A stretch of DNA of 37,962 nucleotides from contig JBBIJB010000009.1 in NCBI GenBank assembly GCA_037446215.1, positions 15,701 through 53,662 of the forward strand, in the 5' to 3' direction. Of this stretch, positions 35,916 through 37,962 are shown piece by piece. The notes beneath the pieces were generated by a model that worked only from the letters and a program-made list of their open reading frames with translations, was not told the DNA's origin and did not search any database. The stretch comes from Armatimonadota bacterium (GTDB lineage: Bacteria; Sysuimicrobiota; Sysuimicrobiia; Sysuimicrobiales; Humicultoraceae). Position numbers and translations under genes: made by a program. The stretch's first letter is position 1. Each line of letters begins with the position of its first letter.

Positions 35916-37096
35916 GCCCGGAACGCACTCCTCGCAGCGACGCGCTCGAGGTCAAGTCCTGCGCCCGAGAGCTGGGGTTCGATCTCGTCGGCATCGCCTG
36001 CGCGGAGCCCTTCCCCGAAGAGGAGGCCGCCTACGGCCATTGGATCGGCCGGGGCATGCACGCCGGGATGTCCTACATGGGGGGGCGCGCCGCCGGCATC
36101 GGCGATCCTCGATCCATACACCCGGAGGCGCGTTCGGTCGTGGCGGTGGCTATCAACTACTACCCAGGGGAGTTGGGGGCGGACGTAGCCAAGGATCCGG
36201 ACGTTCTGCGCGGGAGCGTCGCGAGGTACGCGTGGGGAGATGACTACCACGCCGTCATGAAGGCGCGGCTTGGCGCCCTCGCGCGGTTCCTCGAGTCGAA
36301 GGGCGCCGGGCTCGCGCGGCCCTTCGCCGACACCGGGCCGCTCTCCGATCGCGCGGTCGCGCAGCGCGCCGGGCTCGGGTGGCGCGGCCGCCACTCCTGC
36401 CTGATCACCGAGCGGTTCGGCACCTGGATCGTGCTCGGCGAACTCCTGACAGACCTGACGCTGGAGCCCGATGCGCCCGCCCTGGGCGGCTGCGGATCGT
36501 GCGAGGCCTGCGTTGCCGGAGGCCTCGCCTGCCCTGTGGGCGCGATCGTCGGACCCGGAGTCGTCGATGCCCGCCGCTGCATCTCGTACTGGACGATCGA
36601 GCACCGCGGATGGATCCCACGAGAGGTGAGAGCCACGCTCGCCGCGATGGTCTTCGGGTGCGACATCTGCCAGGAGGCGTGCCCGTTCAACCAGGCGGCC
36701 CTCACGACCGGGCATGCGGAGTTCCTGCCCGGCGGCACGGCGGCGCGCATGGGTAGCAACGGTCGGATCGATCGGGCCAACCCCGACCTGCGGCTCCTGC
36801 TGCGCATGACCGAGCAGGAGTTCGCGGAGGCCTACGGGCGGAGCGCCCTGAGGCGCATGAGGAGGAGTGGGCTGCGCAGGAACGCCGCCGTCGCGCTGGG
36901 CAACTCCGGCAACCCCAGGGCGGTGCCGGATCTCGCCGCGGCGCTGGCCGACCCCACAGATCCCCTGGTGCGCGGCCACGCCGCCTGGGCCCTCGGGCGG
37001 ATAGGCGGCACGCGGGCGCGTGCCGAGCTTCGTAGCGCGTTTGCCCTCGAGGAGGAGCCGCTCGTGCGCGGCGAGATCGAGGCGGCGCTCGCGTGA
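35912..37096 (+). CDS. queG: Epoxyqueuosine reductase
   Basis: ARELGFDLVGI, G.HAGM.YM, VARYAWGDDYH, DTGP, AGLGW.G, FGTWIVLGE, RCISYWTIE, GCDICQEACP, RNAAVALGN, C-terminal HEAT repeats. Confidence 0.93.
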   Translation: MSPERTPRSDALEVKSCARELGFDLVGIACAEPFPEEEAAYGHWIGRGMHAGMSYMGGRAAGIGDPRSIHPEARSVVAVAINYYPGELGADVAKDPDVLRGSVARYAWGDDYHAVMKARLGALARFLESKGAGLARPFADTGPLSDRAVAQRAGLGWRGRHSCLITERFGTWIVLGELLTDLTLEPDAPALGGCGSCEACVAGGLACPVGAIVGPGVVDARRCISYWTIEHRGWIPREVRATLAAMVFGCDICQEACPFNQAALTTGHAEFLPGGTAARMGSNGRIDRANPDLRLLLRMTEQEFAEAYGRSALRRMRRSGLRRNAAVALGNSGNPRAVPDLAAALADPTDPLVRGHAAWALGRIGGTRARAELRSAFALEEEPLVRGEIEAALA

Positions 37097-37131
37097 GCCC
37101 TCAGAAGGAGGGGGCCGGGGCTACGCTGAAC

Positions 37132-37161
37132 TTGTACGCTGCCGGGGCCTCCCGGTATAAT
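37132..37161 (+). promoter_or_regulatory. Sigma70-type promoter of tRNA-Gly
   Basis: TTGTAC-N18-TATAAT, ending 12 nt before the tRNA. Confidence 0.65.
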
Positions 37162-37173
37162 CAGGAACGGCGA

Positions 37174-37248
37174 GCGGGTGTAGCTCAGCGGTAGAGCATC
37201 GGCTTCCCAAGCCGAGGGTCGTGGGTTCAAATCCCATCGCCCGCTCCA
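37174..37248 (+). tRNA. tRNA-Gly (anticodon CCC)
   Basis: Acceptor GCGGGTG/CGCCCGC, D arm GCTC/GAGC, TCGGC-TT-CCC-AA-GCCGA, GTGGG-TTCAAAT-CCCAT, discriminator T, CCA. Confidence 0.97.
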
Positions 37249-37962
37249 ATCCAGTCAGGACGCGGGTTTCAGCCGTTTTCCCCTCTTTGGAACCGGGCGA
37301 AAAAGCCGACGCTCACCCCCTCGAGCGCCATGTCGAGGTCTTCTTGCTGGGCAAGCGCGTCGGCGGGTGCACGGCCCGGACCCTGGCCACCTACCAGTGG
37401 TGGCTACGCCGCTTCCTCGCCGCGACCCATGAGGTTACCCCCTTGACGGTCCGGATCTTCTTCGCCGGGCTCCAGCACCGCAGCCCCAGCCACCAGCACC
37501 AGGCCTACCGGACCCTCAAGACGTTCCTCCGGTGGTGCGTCGAGACCGGGGTGCTCGAAGGCGACCCCATGCGCGGGTTCACGATGAGGACGCCCAAGAC
37601 GCTGCCCTCGGTGCCGACGGATGATGAACTGCGCGCAGCGCTCGCCGTTTGCCCCGACACCCTTGAGGGCATCCGGAACCGGGTACTCATCCTGGTTCTC
37701 GCCGATGCCGGCCTGCGTGCGAGCGAGGCCCTCCACCTGCTCATCGAGGACTGGCGGCCTGCCGACCGTGGGCTCTTCGTTAGGTCCGGCAAGGGGCGGA
37801 AGGACCGAGTGGCTTTCGTTGGCCCGACCACCACGAGGGCCCTGAAGGCATGGTTAGCGCATCACCCAGTGCCGTCTTCGGAGTCGTTCATGTTCGTCGA
37901 TCGACGTGGCCGGCTGTTGAAGCCCCGCCACCTGGTGCAGATCCTCCACCGCCTGAGCCGGA
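37200..37962 (+). mobile_element. Left end (putative attL) of an integrative element or prophage inserted at tRNA-Gly(CCC)
   Basis: Tyrosine integrase begins <40 nt after the tRNA CCA. The matching attR repeat would lie outside the window; left boundary approximate. Confidence 0.7.
37287..37962 (+). CDS. Tyrosine recombinase/integrase (XerC/D-like), 3' end beyond the window
   Basis: Not in the ORF track. Manual translation: LEPGEKADAHPLERHVEVFLL...RTLATY...YRTLKTFLRWC...PKTLP...RNRVLILVLADAGLRASEALHL...VRSGKGRKDR. Contains the catalytic Arg box and Lys; start codon uncertain. Confidence 0.9.
   Translation, partial: MEPGEKADAHPLERHVEVFLLGKRVGGCTARTLATYQWWLRRFLAATHEVTPLTVRIFFAGLQHRSPSHQHQAYRTLKTFLRWCVETGVLEGDPMRGFTMRTPKTLPSVPTDDELRAALAVCPDTLEGIRNRVLILVLADAGLRASEALHLLIEDWRPADRGLFVRSGKGRKDRVAFVGPTTTRALKAWLAHHPVPSSESFMFVDRRGRLLKPRHLVQILHRLSR

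Noticed and set aside
36832-37230. 132-aa minus-strand ORF (MNPRPSAWEADALPLSY...)
   Set aside because: Typical antisense-of-tRNA shadow ORF that also overlaps queG.
1-37962. CRISPR arrays, IS elements, rRNA, riboswitches, defence systems
   Set aside because: No regularly spaced repeats, transposase motifs or recognisable structured-RNA consensus seen by eye; a covariance-model search was not possible.

Overview
High-GC bacterial chromosome segment, probably from a diderm because none of the four solute-binding proteins has a lipobox. From left to right: (i) a decaying GlgE/alpha-glucan operon on the minus strand, with a glgE collapsed to an 88-codon in-frame mosaic, a full-length treS-maltokinase fusion carrying substitutions in conserved kinase motifs, and the 5' end of glgB; (ii) a lower-GC Dpp/Opp peptide transporter with a Pab87/CubicO-like serine peptidase, plus a NitT/TauT ABC transporter; (iii) a tctCBA-iolB operon ending in a HAD phosphatase/RNase Z-like fusion; (iv) a fabG-like SDR and a SAM methyltransferase, divergent from a Thermococcales FOR-like tungsten aldehyde oxidoreductase plus MoaD; (v) an amidohydrolase, tRNA-Ser(TGA), DUF1295, an internally deleted DUF2177 remnant and a DUF4870-like protein; (vi) a ~13 kb plus-strand run: LarE-like PP-loop ATPase, sugar ABC transporter, GH20, esterase, DUF4127, FAD oxidoreductase, unknown TIM-barrel-like protein, MFS and queG; (vii) tRNA-Gly(CCC), followed immediately by a tyrosine integrase whose reading frame is open through the tRNA and which marks the left edge of an integrated element. 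All family calls come from motif recognition by eye; no database searches were run.
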